From positions 396 through 64,395 of the forward strand of contig CAYSXY010000006.1 in the NCBI GenBank assembly GCA_964435165.1: a stretch of DNA of 64,000 bases. The letters run 5' to 3'. The position numbers and the translations under genes were made by a program. The notes under the pieces are model-generated. The model was not told where the DNA came from. It did no database searches and worked only from the letters and a program-made list of their open reading frames with translations. Origin of the DNA: an uncultured Rickettsiales bacterium. Lineage in GTDB: Bacteria > Pseudomonadota > Alphaproteobacteria > Rickettsiales > RI-342. Positions 41,107 to 49,402 of the stretch are shown piece by piece (positions within the stretch are counted from its first letter, which is position 1; each line of letters starts with the position of its first letter).

Positions 41107-43419
41107 TCAGGCATCCTCAACAGCTGGTGATGTCAATAGGATCTCGCGCTTGCCCACATGGTTAGCCGGGCCGACAATGCCCTCCTCTTCCATTCGCTCA
41201 ATCAGGCTGGCTGCACGATTATATCCAATTTTCAGGCGGCGCTGGACATAGCTGGTCGAGGCTTTTTTATCACGCAGCACAATCTGCACGGCACGTTGAT
41301 AAAGATCGCCTTCCTCGCCACCTCCACCAAAACTCATGTCGCCGCCGCCGACGGCATCCGGCTCGGCATCTTCCTGTGTAATATCCTCAATATAGTCCGG
41401 CTGGCCCTGCCGTTTGAGGTGATTCACCACCTCTTCGACTTCTTTATCGGAAACAAAAGCCCCATGCACCCGCATGATGCGGCTGCCGCCGGACATGTAG
41501 AGCATATCCCCCATACCCAGCAATTGCTCGGCACCCTGCTCACCTAAAATGGTGCGGCTATCGATCTTGGATGTGACCTGAAAACTGATGCGTGTTGGAA
41601 AATTGGCTTTGATGACCCCGGTAATGACATCGACCGACGGACGCTGCGTCGCCATAATAATATGAATACCGGCGGCACGGGCCATTTGTGCTAAGCGCTG
41701 CACCGAACCTTCAATATCTTTACCCGCCACCACCATCAGATCCGCCATTTCATCGACAATGACCACAATGTATGGAAGCGGATTCATATCGAGATCGACC
41801 TCTTCATAAACCGGCTTGCCATCTTCAGGATTAAAACCCGTCTGCACCCGGCGGCGCAGCACCTCTCCTTTACTCTGTGCAGCGCTTATCTTTTGATTAT
41901 AGCCATGGATGTTGCGCACACCGAGATTAGACATCAGCCGGTAGCGATTTTCCATCTCGCGGACAATCCATTTGAGCGCCACCACAGCCTTGCCGGGTTC
42001 AGTCACCACGGGCGAGAGCAAATGCGGAATACCGTCATAGACGGACAATTCCAGCATTTTTGGGTCAATCATAATAAACCGGCATTGTTCCGGGCTGAGC
42101 CGGTAGAGCAGCGAGAGAATCATGGCATTAACGGCCACCGATTTGCCCGATCCCGTCGTTCCTGCCACTAAGAGGTGCGGCATCTTAGCCAGATCGACCA
42201 TAATACTGTCACCACCGATGTCTTTGCCCAGGGCTAATGGCAACTGGAGCTTCGCATCCGCATAATTCGGCGCTTCGAGCAATTCGCGGAAATTGACCAT
42301 TTCACGTGAGGCATTGGGCAATTCAATCCCAATGGCATTGACGCCTGGCACGACAGCAATGCGCGCTGAGACCGCCGACATGGACCGCGCAATATCGTCA
42401 GCCAACCCAATCACGCGGGATGATTTGGTGCCGGGGGCCGGCTCCAGCTCATAGAGCGTGACGACCGGCCCAGGGCGCACCTTGGCAATGGTGCCATACA
42501 CGCCAAAATCATTGAGCACCGACTCCAGCAATTCCGATTGCTGACGCAGCTTTGTTTCGCTCACCGCTTCTTTTTTGCCGCCTTTAGGCGGCGCCAGCAA
42601 GGTAAGTGATGGCAGGCTGAATGCAGGATTATCACCAAAGGTTAATTCATCCTGCGTTTTTGTCGCTGATGTTGATTTTTTTGCCTCTTTTGCAGGACGC
42701 TCATCACGCCAGATCGACGGGCCTTTTTCGATGGTTACAGGACTATTCGGCGCATCGTGCAACGGTTGCTTTTTCTGACGTTGCCGTTTTTTGCGTGGCG
42801 CTCGGGATGTTGACTCCACCAATGCTTCCCGCTCACGCTGAAGCCAGGAAAATGAGGGCCAATGCAACCCTGACATCATCGCACCCCATATTGTGCGCAT
42901 ATGTGTCAATGGTGATAAAGGCAAACCCGTCGCCAGCATGAAGCCGACAATCGTCACGACCAGACTGACGATCATGGTCAACACTGACGGAATCACTCCA
43001 TCGCTGGCGTGATTCAGCACATACCCCATATAACCGCCAAGGCCACTGGCCACCGGCCAGCTGATGGGCGTTGGGGGAATGGTAAGCAGCAGCGCTGCCG
43101 CAGGCAAGGTGATGCACAGCATCATCACACGAAACCATAAGCGTGGAAGCGGCAGGGAGCGCAAACAGCGCCAGGCCCAGATGCCAAGCGCCGCCACCAG
43201 CAGCGCCGATGCCGCTCCTACCACCTGTAACATCAGATCGGCCAGATAACTGCCGGTCACCCCCATGAGATTTTGCGGTACATCATTAAAGGTATTGTTG
43301 AACGATGGGTCAGAGGGTGAATAGCTGATCAGTGAACAGAAGGTGATGATGGCCAGCACTGCGTACAGCCAGCCGGAAAGGCGCGCTGAAATGCCATGAT
43401 GATGTGTTGATGCCGCCAT
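41107..43419 (-). CDS. ftsK: DNA translocase FtsK
   Basis: N-terminal TM helices and a linker. Motor domain with VAGTTGSGKSVAVNAMI and IVVIVDEMADLM. Gamma winged helix (STSYVQRRLKIGYNRAASLIERME). Confidence 0.93.
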   Translation of the reverse strand: MAASTHHHGISARLSGWLYAVLAIITFCSLISYSPSDPSFNNTFNDVPQNLMGVTGSYLADLMLQVVGAASALLVAALGIWAWRCLRSLPLPRLWFRVMMLCITLPAAALLLTIPPTPISWPVASGLGGYMGYVLNHASDGVIPSVLTMIVSLVVTIVGFMLATGLPLSPLTHMRTIWGAMMSGLHWPSFSWLQREREALVESTSRAPRKKRQRQKKQPLHDAPNSPVTIEKGPSIWRDERPAKEAKKSTSATKTQDELTFGDNPAFSLPSLTLLAPPKGGKKEAVSETKLRQQSELLESVLNDFGVYGTIAKVRPGPVVTLYELEPAPGTKSSRVIGLADDIARSMSAVSARIAVVPGVNAIGIELPNASREMVNFRELLEAPNYADAKLQLPLALGKDIGGDSIMVDLAKMPHLLVAGTTGSGKSVAVNAMILSLLYRLSPEQCRFIMIDPKMLELSVYDGIPHLLSPVVTEPGKAVVALKWIVREMENRYRLMSNLGVRNIHGYNQKISAAQSKGEVLRRRVQTGFNPEDGKPVYEEVDLDMNPLPYIVVIVDEMADLMVVAGKDIEGSVQRLAQMARAAGIHIIMATQRPSVDVITGVIKANFPTRISFQVTSKIDSRTILGEQGAEQLLGMGDMLYMSGGSRIMRVHGAFVSDKEVEEVVNHLKRQGQPDYIEDITQEDAEPDAVGGGDMSFGGGGEEGDLYQRAVQIVLRDKKASTSYVQRRLKIGYNRAASLIERMEEEGIVGPANHVGKREILLTSPAVEDA

Positions 43420-43585
43420 GTTCTGCCTATTATCCTGACCGGAGGGTGCTGCATGTAAGGTTGCGCACGCAGCCCGGCACTTATTTACTGGATGATGCTA
43501 TCGACATTACGCATAAATCACCTGCTTTAGCAAGTCATCAGGCGGCGTGTTGCACGCAGAAATGCTATCTAACGACTATAGCCGA

Positions 43586-43614
43586 TTGCGTTCTGCATAA
43601 ATTGATGGCACAAT
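43586..43614 (+). promoter_or_regulatory. Candidate sigma-70 promoter for ffs
   Basis: TTGCGT (43586-43591), 17-nt spacer, CACAAT (43609-43614). Lies ~7 nt upstream of the first G of the SRP RNA helix. Confidence 0.4.
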
Positions 43615-43619
43615 CAGTT

Positions 43620-43712
43620 TGGGCTGGCGGCGGGCGTGCGGCTCGCCAACCCGGTCAGGTCCGAAAGGAAGCAGCCGTAACGGGTTATTGCACGGGTCGC
43701 CGTCCGGCCTTA
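43620..43712 (+). ncRNA. ffs: Signal recognition particle RNA (4.5S, small bacterial type)
   Basis: CCCGGTCAGGTCCGAAAGGAAGCAGCCGTAACGG matches the universally conserved SRP domain IV (E. coli CCAGGUCAGGUCCGGAAGGAAGCAGCCAAGGCAG). The 5' GGCTGGCGGCGGGCGTG pairs with the 3' CACGGGTCGCCGTCCGGCC. A T-rich tail follows. Confidence 0.87.
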
Positions 43713-43715
43713 TTT

Positions 43716-44615
43716 TCATTCTATATGTCGATCATCACCGATTGTTATGCCAGCGGCCTGAGCTAATTCATCATCTATTCTCACGCCCCTGTTATATGCC
43801 TGCCTGATAATAAAGCGGTTGACCTTTGATAGCTCTTCATTGTCCGGGGGGTCATCTTTTGAGCCGACCGGCATATCATCGGGTATCACATGGCTTAATG
43901 CCCAGTTAGTTGCGACTTGTCTAATCGTAGTCTGATAATCGGCAGGCAGCATGTGATATGGCATATGCTCTTGCAGGTCATATTCCTCAATAATTCTTTT
44001 GATGTCCTTATATAAAGCATCAAGGTCGCCGCCATTCTTCGCATAATGCGCTATGATCGTGTTGGTGGAGGCCACGCGCTGGCCTTGTTCGCGCTGGGAA
44101 AATGCTAATAACAAGTCTGAGACAGCATCGCCAATATCATTCGAATATTGTGAGCGAATGCCGACCGTACTCCCGCGCTTATGACGTGTTGCCAATTCCT
44201 CAAGGCCAGGCATATCCTGTCCATTTGATGCTATCAGTTTATCATCTGGGAGTGAGAAAATAGCAATCGACGCAGCTCGGCTGAGATCTAATTTCGCCTG
44301 TGCCATTTCCCACCTATTCTCTATAGTCGGATCGTCCAGAAAGGTAACGGTTGCTTGCTTTTCTAATATAAAGTGTTCCGCGACCATATTGAGCGTCGCC
44401 CACACCGCGCCAATGGGCATATTTTCCTGCTGTGCCAGTCTTTCCAGCAATTCCCTCTCATAGCTGGTTGTATAAGCTATTACAAATGGTGACAGGTCTG
44501 CACCTTGATGCACTGCGGGTCCGTTCAACACGTCTTCGGGTTGCAGTTGGTCAATGCGGTCATCCATCGCCACAATGACTGCACGGAATATTTTTTCTTT
44601 GTCTGTCAATTCCAT
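43716..44615 (-). CDS. Hypothetical protein, 299 aa (ORFan-like)
   Basis: Clean ATG-initiated ORF, soluble and acidic, no motif recognised. No SD; a perfect palindrome occupies the 5' leader. Confidence 0.5.
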   Translation of the reverse strand: MELTDKEKIFRAVIVAMDDRIDQLQPEDVLNGPAVHQGADLSPFVIAYTTSYERELLERLAQQENMPIGAVWATLNMVAEHFILEKQATVTFLDDPTIENRWEMAQAKLDLSRAASIAIFSLPDDKLIASNGQDMPGLEELATRHKRGSTVGIRSQYSNDIGDAVSDLLLAFSQREQGQRVASTNTIIAHYAKNGGDLDALYKDIKRIIEEYDLQEHMPYHMLPADYQTTIRQVATNWALSHVIPDDMPVGSKDDPPDNEELSKVNRFIIRQAYNRGVRIDDELAQAAGITIGDDRHIE

Positions 44616-44622
44616 GCCGTTA

Positions 44623-44644
44623 CGTTAACATATAAATGTTAACG
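44623..44644. repeat. Perfect palindrome CGTTAACAT-ATAA-ATGTTAACG
   Basis: 9-bp arms and a 4-nt centre (hand checked), between the lolA stop (44651) and the ORFan start (44615). Confidence 0.6.
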
Positions 44645-44650
44645 CTGTGA

Positions 44651-45328
44651 TTAATTTCGCCTACGACTCCGATTGAGCGTCTCAACCTCAAATAAATCAT
44701 TTTGCAGGGACTGGCCGTAACGCAGATTGTTCAGACTGATAATTGTCAACTGGCCGGTTGGGTCGCGCACTTCTAATTTGCGAATCTCCACCGGGTCGGC
44801 CTGCATAATCAGGGTGAGTGTACCGTCATCTTCTTCCGCTGGTGATTCAATGGTCATGCGGATGGTCCCGGACGATACCTCTACCTCTTGCACCACCACA
44901 TCGCGGCCAAATTGCAGATTATCACGTGCCAGCAGGGCCATGAGGTTCTGATCAGATGAGAGGTGGCTGACCTGATCCAGTTCAAAATCCTGATAGACCA
45001 GCACCGGGCCGTTTACGACAATCAACAGGGGAATGGGCGGCTCATACTGCCAGCGGATTTTGCCCGGACGTTTGAGAAATAACCGGCCATACCCCACCGT
45101 GCCATCTGGCGATGTCTGGGTGAAGTCCGCTACCAATGTATCAATATCATTGATGTAACGCTCAACATCACGCACGGCTTGGCGCTCTGCCGGCGGCAAG
45201 GTGAAGAGTGGCGCACTTTGTGCCCGTACGGCGGAACTTGCCATGATAAGTACGAACGCCAATAGATATGGAAACCGCCATGAGAGGCCTAAGCAGGCGC
45301 TGGATTTGCGTGTGAATCGTGATAGCAT
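44651..45328 (-). CDS. lolA: Outer-membrane lipoprotein carrier protein LolA
   Basis: Signal peptide, then FTQTSPDGTVGYGRLFLKRPGKIRWQYEPP LolA pattern. ATG 45328 (MLSRFTRK...) is preferred over 45358, which would overlap rmuC. Confidence 0.8.
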   Translation of the reverse strand: MLSRFTRKSSACLGLSWRFPYLLAFVLIMASSAVRAQSAPLFTLPPAERQAVRDVERYINDIDTLVADFTQTSPDGTVGYGRLFLKRPGKIRWQYEPPIPLLIVVNGPVLVYQDFELDQVSHLSSDQNLMALLARDNLQFGRDVVVQEVEVSSGTIRMTIESPAEEDDGTLTLIMQADPVEIRKLEVRDPTGQLTIISLNNLRYGQSLQNDLFEVETLNRSRRRN

Positions 45329-45344
45329 ATGCCGATTATAACAA

Positions 45345-46880
45345 ATGGGATGCGCCATGTCGCCTTTCTATCTTCTTTCTGCCGCACTTATTCTGACCTG
45401 CGCTGCTTCGTTTGGCCTGTTATTGGCCTGGACACGAACCAAACAAGCACTCACGCAGCTGCAACTGGACATGGCCCGGCTGGATGCCGATTTGGCGCAT
45501 GAGAAGGGGCAGCATGAACAAGTTTCCACGCAGTTGGAGACGCTCACCACTCGACTGGGCGACAAAGAACAGGCATTGGAAGCGGCTCGCGAAGCAGAAA
45601 CACGCGCCGAGACGCGGCTGAGTGAGGCGAATGAACGTATTGAGGCATTGTGCGCCGAGCGTGATCAGGCACGGCAGCAACGCGAGCACGCGCATGATGC
45701 GCAAGTGGAAGCGGAGCGAGAACTGGCCGTGATCCGCCAGCAAAAGGCTGATTTTGACCAGCGCCTAAAGGATTTTGAGACGCTTAAAGAGCAAACACTC
45801 ATCAATGCAAAAGCATCCGTCACAGAGCTTGGCCATACTATCTCCACCAAGCTGCTGGAAGATCATAAGCGTGAAGCTGAAGCCTCGCGCAAAGAGCAGG
45901 AAACCCGAGCGAAACAAGCCGCCGAGCAGTTCAACAAAGGCTTTCAGAATATTATGGAGCGCGTGGCGACGCTCGATAAGGATGTGTCCGTTACCTCTGA
46001 GCAAATGGCTACGGTATGGAAGGCATTGACCGTACCCGCTGAAGGCGGGCGCTTTGCCGAAGTGGGGCTGGAGAACAGCTTTAAGGCCTTTGGGTTGGAG
46101 CAAGGCCGCGATTACATCATGCAATATGCGATTAGTGATGATGGCGAAGGCAACCGCCTACGCCCGGATGCGGTGATTTTTCTACCTAATCACCGGGTGA
46201 TGGTGGTGGACAGCAAAGCCTCCAAATTCCTGCTGGATGTGGCAGCGGCCGAAGGTACGGAGGATGAGGCTGCCACGCTGGAGCAGTTGAAAAAATCCAT
46301 GCGTGAACATCTGCGCCTGCTTTCCGGCAAGGATTATAAATCAGCGATTCTGGATGTATTTCGCAAGGCCGGTAAAGGCGATAAGATCCGCCAGGTGTTC
46401 AATGTGATGTACCTGCCCAATGAAGCCGCATTGGAACGGGTGCGGCGCGCCGACCTCGGATTCGAAGATCGTGCCCAGCAGCTGGATATTATCCCCTGTG
46501 GGCCATCCGGCATTGCCGGGCTCATCAGCCTTTGCAAGCATGATATTGGCATGGCGCGACAGAGCGAACATCAGGAAAAAATTGTCGAAGGGGTGGAGGG
46601 CCTGCTGGAGAGCCTCGCCGTGATGCTGGAGCGTGCTGGCAAGGCTGGCAAGAGCCTCAAATCTGCCAGTGATCATTTCAACGATATGGCGACCTCAGTC
46701 AACACCCGCCTGTTGCCGCGCGCCCGCAAGCTGGAGAAAATGGGCGTGAGTCCGGCACGTAACAAGCAACTGCCGCATAGCATCTCCAACTACCTGATGC
46801 AGGAGCAGGGCACGGTGATTGATGCTGAGATGGAAAAAACGGCACCCAAAGAATTGGAGAAGAAAGAAGAAGTGGCGTGA
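45345..46880 (+). CDS. rmuC: DNA recombination protein RmuC
   Basis: N-terminal TM, long coiled coil, C-terminal RmuC nuclease-like core (LRPDAVIFLPNHRVMVVDSKAS). Start is ATG 45345 or 45357. Confidence 0.85.
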   Translation: MGCAMSPFYLLSAALILTCAASFGLLLAWTRTKQALTQLQLDMARLDADLAHEKGQHEQVSTQLETLTTRLGDKEQALEAAREAETRAETRLSEANERIEALCAERDQARQQREHAHDAQVEAERELAVIRQQKADFDQRLKDFETLKEQTLINAKASVTELGHTISTKLLEDHKREAEASRKEQETRAKQAAEQFNKGFQNIMERVATLDKDVSVTSEQMATVWKALTVPAEGGRFAEVGLENSFKAFGLEQGRDYIMQYAISDDGEGNRLRPDAVIFLPNHRVMVVDSKASKFLLDVAAAEGTEDEAATLEQLKKSMREHLRLLSGKDYKSAILDVFRKAGKGDKIRQVFNVMYLPNEAALERVRRADLGFEDRAQQLDIIPCGPSGIAGLISLCKHDIGMARQSEHQEKIVEGVEGLLESLAVMLERAGKAGKSLKSASDHFNDMATSVNTRLLPRARKLEKMGVSPARNKQLPHSISNYLMQEQGTVIDAEMEKTAPKELEKKEEVA

Positions 46881-46901
46881 TTATATAGATCTACTATCTT
46901 T

Positions 46902-46986
46902 GTCATGCCTGCGAAGGCAGGCATCTCTATATCCATATATTCAGAGTATACTAGAATAATGAGATTCCCGCCTACGCGGGAATGAC
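46902..46986. repeat. Pair of inversely oriented 24-nt palindromic units (GTCAT-NCCNGC-N4-GCNGGN-ATC family)
   Basis: gtcatgcctgcgaaggcaggcatc (46902-46925) and gattcccgcctacgcgggaatgac (46963-46986). Each has an 8-bp stem and a 4-nt loop. The second is the reverse-orientation relative of the first, with paired substitutions. Confidence 0.6.
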
Positions 46987-47082
46987 AATTTTCATGTTTT
47001 GATGCACCTAGCTGGCATCGCAAAACTGTCATCTTCACAGACTATACTAAGTGCCAAATAACAAAACAAATAATACGGTCTA

Positions 47083-48405
47083 ATGCCCAAAACTACCGAT
47101 GCACGTTCTGACGATCCATTCATGCAGGCTTTTTTGCAGGTCTATGAGACATTTCCGGACACGATGCGTGACAGCTATTTTATCGATACATTCGTGGGCC
47201 GCGTTCCGGGACTGAGCAAGCCGAATTTCAATGCTATAAAAACCCGTTCCGGCGAGGACAGCCCACTGCGTGACTGGCATATTCTGCCACTTATCAGCGG
47301 CTTGAAAGATGCCATTGAAACACTCAATGCCGTGCAAAGCGCCGATGAAGCAGCAGCGGTTTGGGATGAACTTACGTCTTACCTACCGGATCTTGATACC
47401 ATACAAGGACAAGGTGCCCAGCGCATTGCGCGCGGATTTCGTGCCCATTGGGATTATGTTCGGCCCGACAATCAAGATCGGATAGAAGATGCCTATGCCG
47501 CCCTATATCAGCCCCCTTCCGTCGATAATGAACGCCCTCCTCGTATCGACATGCAGGCTTTCGGCGAGGTGCTGCGACATTTCCGCACGGTCACCTTTCA
47601 TATTTCTGCTGATGAGCTGGCAGCCATTACGCGGTGGCCGGATAGCTTTCTGGCAGGTATCTATTTGCAGGAGATGGAACATGCGTTAAACCAACAGACA
47701 GGCAAAAAATCTGGCTTAGCCGACAAAACCATTGAGCAATATGAACGTGGCGAAATTGCCCGCCCCTACCCCGAGACCCTGCCGATTATCGTGACGGCGG
47801 TCAAAAGTGTGATTGAGCATTACCAGATTCCCTATGAGCCGGAACAATGGGATCGGCTGGTGCATCATGCCTTTGCCGTTCCATTGGATAGCCCTCTCGC
47901 TGCTCAGCCAGACGCCCCACGGCGAACACCGTTAGCGCAAATTGATGCGAAACCACTGCATGAAGTGCTGGATCATCACCGTTCTATGTTAGAACATAAA
48001 GGAGTGTCTAGCCTGCGGCTTGCACGTTATCTTACAAAAGGTGAAGTCGTTCGGCCTATCGCAGAGGAGGATGAAGAATTAAATCATGTACCGAGTGAAA
48101 CGCGCACAGGCAAACGCCTGACCATTTACCATGAAATGGCGCAAATACGGCGACGCAAGCAAGATCACCCGCTCGTCTCAGGGGAACAAACACGCAATGT
48201 CATCCTGGGTAAATATGATCTGTACGGCCTGCGCGATGCGTATCTCGAAGCGGAGATACCGTTGGATGAAGGGCGCTGGAGCCAGTTCGTGGCTGCGTTT
48301 GGCTTTGATCCGCAGGAATTTCCCTATGATGCCTATGAGGGTGTCTCACGCGAGACACGGCAGGAGCATATGCCGGATAGGCGCATCGGAACGATGCTGC
48401 TATAG
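47083..48405 (+). CDS. Hypothetical protein, 440 aa (ORFan-like)
   Basis: Clean ATG ORF, soluble. Two weak XRE-HTH-like stretches by eye (ADELAAITRWPDSFLAGIYLQEME; KTIEQYERGEIARPYPETLPIIVTAV). No firm motif. Confidence 0.5.
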   Translation: MPKTTDARSDDPFMQAFLQVYETFPDTMRDSYFIDTFVGRVPGLSKPNFNAIKTRSGEDSPLRDWHILPLISGLKDAIETLNAVQSADEAAAVWDELTSYLPDLDTIQGQGAQRIARGFRAHWDYVRPDNQDRIEDAYAALYQPPSVDNERPPRIDMQAFGEVLRHFRTVTFHISADELAAITRWPDSFLAGIYLQEMEHALNQQTGKKSGLADKTIEQYERGEIARPYPETLPIIVTAVKSVIEHYQIPYEPEQWDRLVHHAFAVPLDSPLAAQPDAPRRTPLAQIDAKPLHEVLDHHRSMLEHKGVSSLRLARYLTKGEVVRPIAEEDEELNHVPSETRTGKRLTIYHEMAQIRRRKQDHPLVSGEQTRNVILGKYDLYGLRDAYLEAEIPLDEGRWSQFVAAFGFDPQEFPYDAYEGVSRETRQEHMPDRRIGTMLL

Positions 48406-48411
48406 CGTTTT

Positions 48412-49053
48412 TCAAAAAGGCTGACGCGCGGCAAGTGCCGTCGAGAGCGTGCCTTCGTCGAGATAATCCAGCTCCCCGCCCATGGGAATACCCTGTGCTA
48501 AACGGGTAATGGTCACCTGGCATTCAGCCAGACGCTCTGTTAAATAGTGAGCGGTGGTTTGCCCCTCCATCGTCGCGTTGGTCGCGATAATCACCTCGCT
48601 CACCTCTTCTGCAGCAGCCCGGCCTGCTAATATAGGAATACGCAATTGCTCCGGCCCACGGCCATCCATCACTGACAAAGTGCCCCCCAGCACATGATAT
48701 AGGCCACGATAGACGTTGCCGCGCTCCATCGCCCACAGATCGGCGACATCTTCCACCACGCAGATGAGCGAGACATCGCGCCGCGGATCGGTGCAAATAT
48801 GGCAGGGCGAGACCGTATCCCAATTGCCGCAGCTATCGCAGGATTGCATGGCATCCGCTGTGCGGTGGAGGCTCTCAGCCAGTGGCTTCATCAGACTATC
48901 GCGCCGCTGGAGCAAATGCAGCACCATGCGTCGGGCCGAACGCGGCCCCAGCCCCGGCAGCCTGGCCAGCATCGCGGTGAGCTGCTCGATTGGCTGATCC
49001 TGCGCTGCCTGACGCGCATCTATGCGCGGCGGAAGTGTATCACTGTCAGACAT
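48412..49053 (-). CDS. recR: Recombination protein RecR
   Basis: HhH LPGLGPRSARRM, Cys4 zinc finger CDSCGNWDTVSPCHIC, Toprim region. Has an N-terminal extension of ~15-20 aa relative to E. coli. Confidence 0.9.
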   Translation of the reverse strand: MSDSDTLPPRIDARQAAQDQPIEQLTAMLARLPGLGPRSARRMVLHLLQRRDSLMKPLAESLHRTADAMQSCDSCGNWDTVSPCHICTDPRRDVSLICVVEDVADLWAMERGNVYRGLYHVLGGTLSVMDGRGPEQLRIPILAGRAAAEEVSEVIIATNATMEGQTTAHYLTERLAECQVTITRLAQGIPMGGELDYLDEGTLSTALAARQPF

Positions 49054-49081
49054 ATGTTGAGCGCTTGCACTCAGTCATTCA

Positions 49082-49402
49082 TTAAAATGGCAGCTTCATA
49101 TCCGGCGGCAACATACCACCGGCGACGTTTGACATCATGTCGCCATAGGCCCGTTCGGCAGAGCTTTTGGCATCGTTGAAGGCGGCGACGATCAAATCTT
49201 CCAGCACTTCTTTTTCATCCGGCGTCAAGAGCGATGGATCGATCGCCACGCTTTTCATTTCGCTTTTGCCGCTGACTGTGACCGTGACCAGACCACCGCC
49301 CGCTTTGCCTTCAAAAATTTGTTCCGCCAGTTCTTCCTGCGCCTGTTGCAGTTTGCTCTGCATTTCCTGCGCCTGTTTCATCAATTGCTGCATCTGATTC
49401 AT
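49082..49402 (-). CDS. ybaB: Nucleoid-associated protein YbaB/EbfC
   Basis: MNQMQQLMKQAQEMQSKLQQAQEEL... and a length of 106 aa. 4-nt overlap with the dnaX stop. Confidence 0.88.
   Translation of the reverse strand: MNQMQQLMKQAQEMQSKLQQAQEELAEQIFEGKAGGGLVTVTVSGKSEMKSVAIDPSLLTPDEKEVLEDLIVAAFNDAKSSAERAYGDMMSNVAGGMLPPDMKLPF

Noticed and set aside
44623-44644. Palindrome as a dif site (near ftsK) or as a CtrA box.
   Set aside because: The arms contain ATGTTAA, like a XerD half-site, but the centre is 4 nt where dif needs 6-8 plus inner arm bases. As a CtrA site the spacing is TTAA-N10-TTAAC, not N7.
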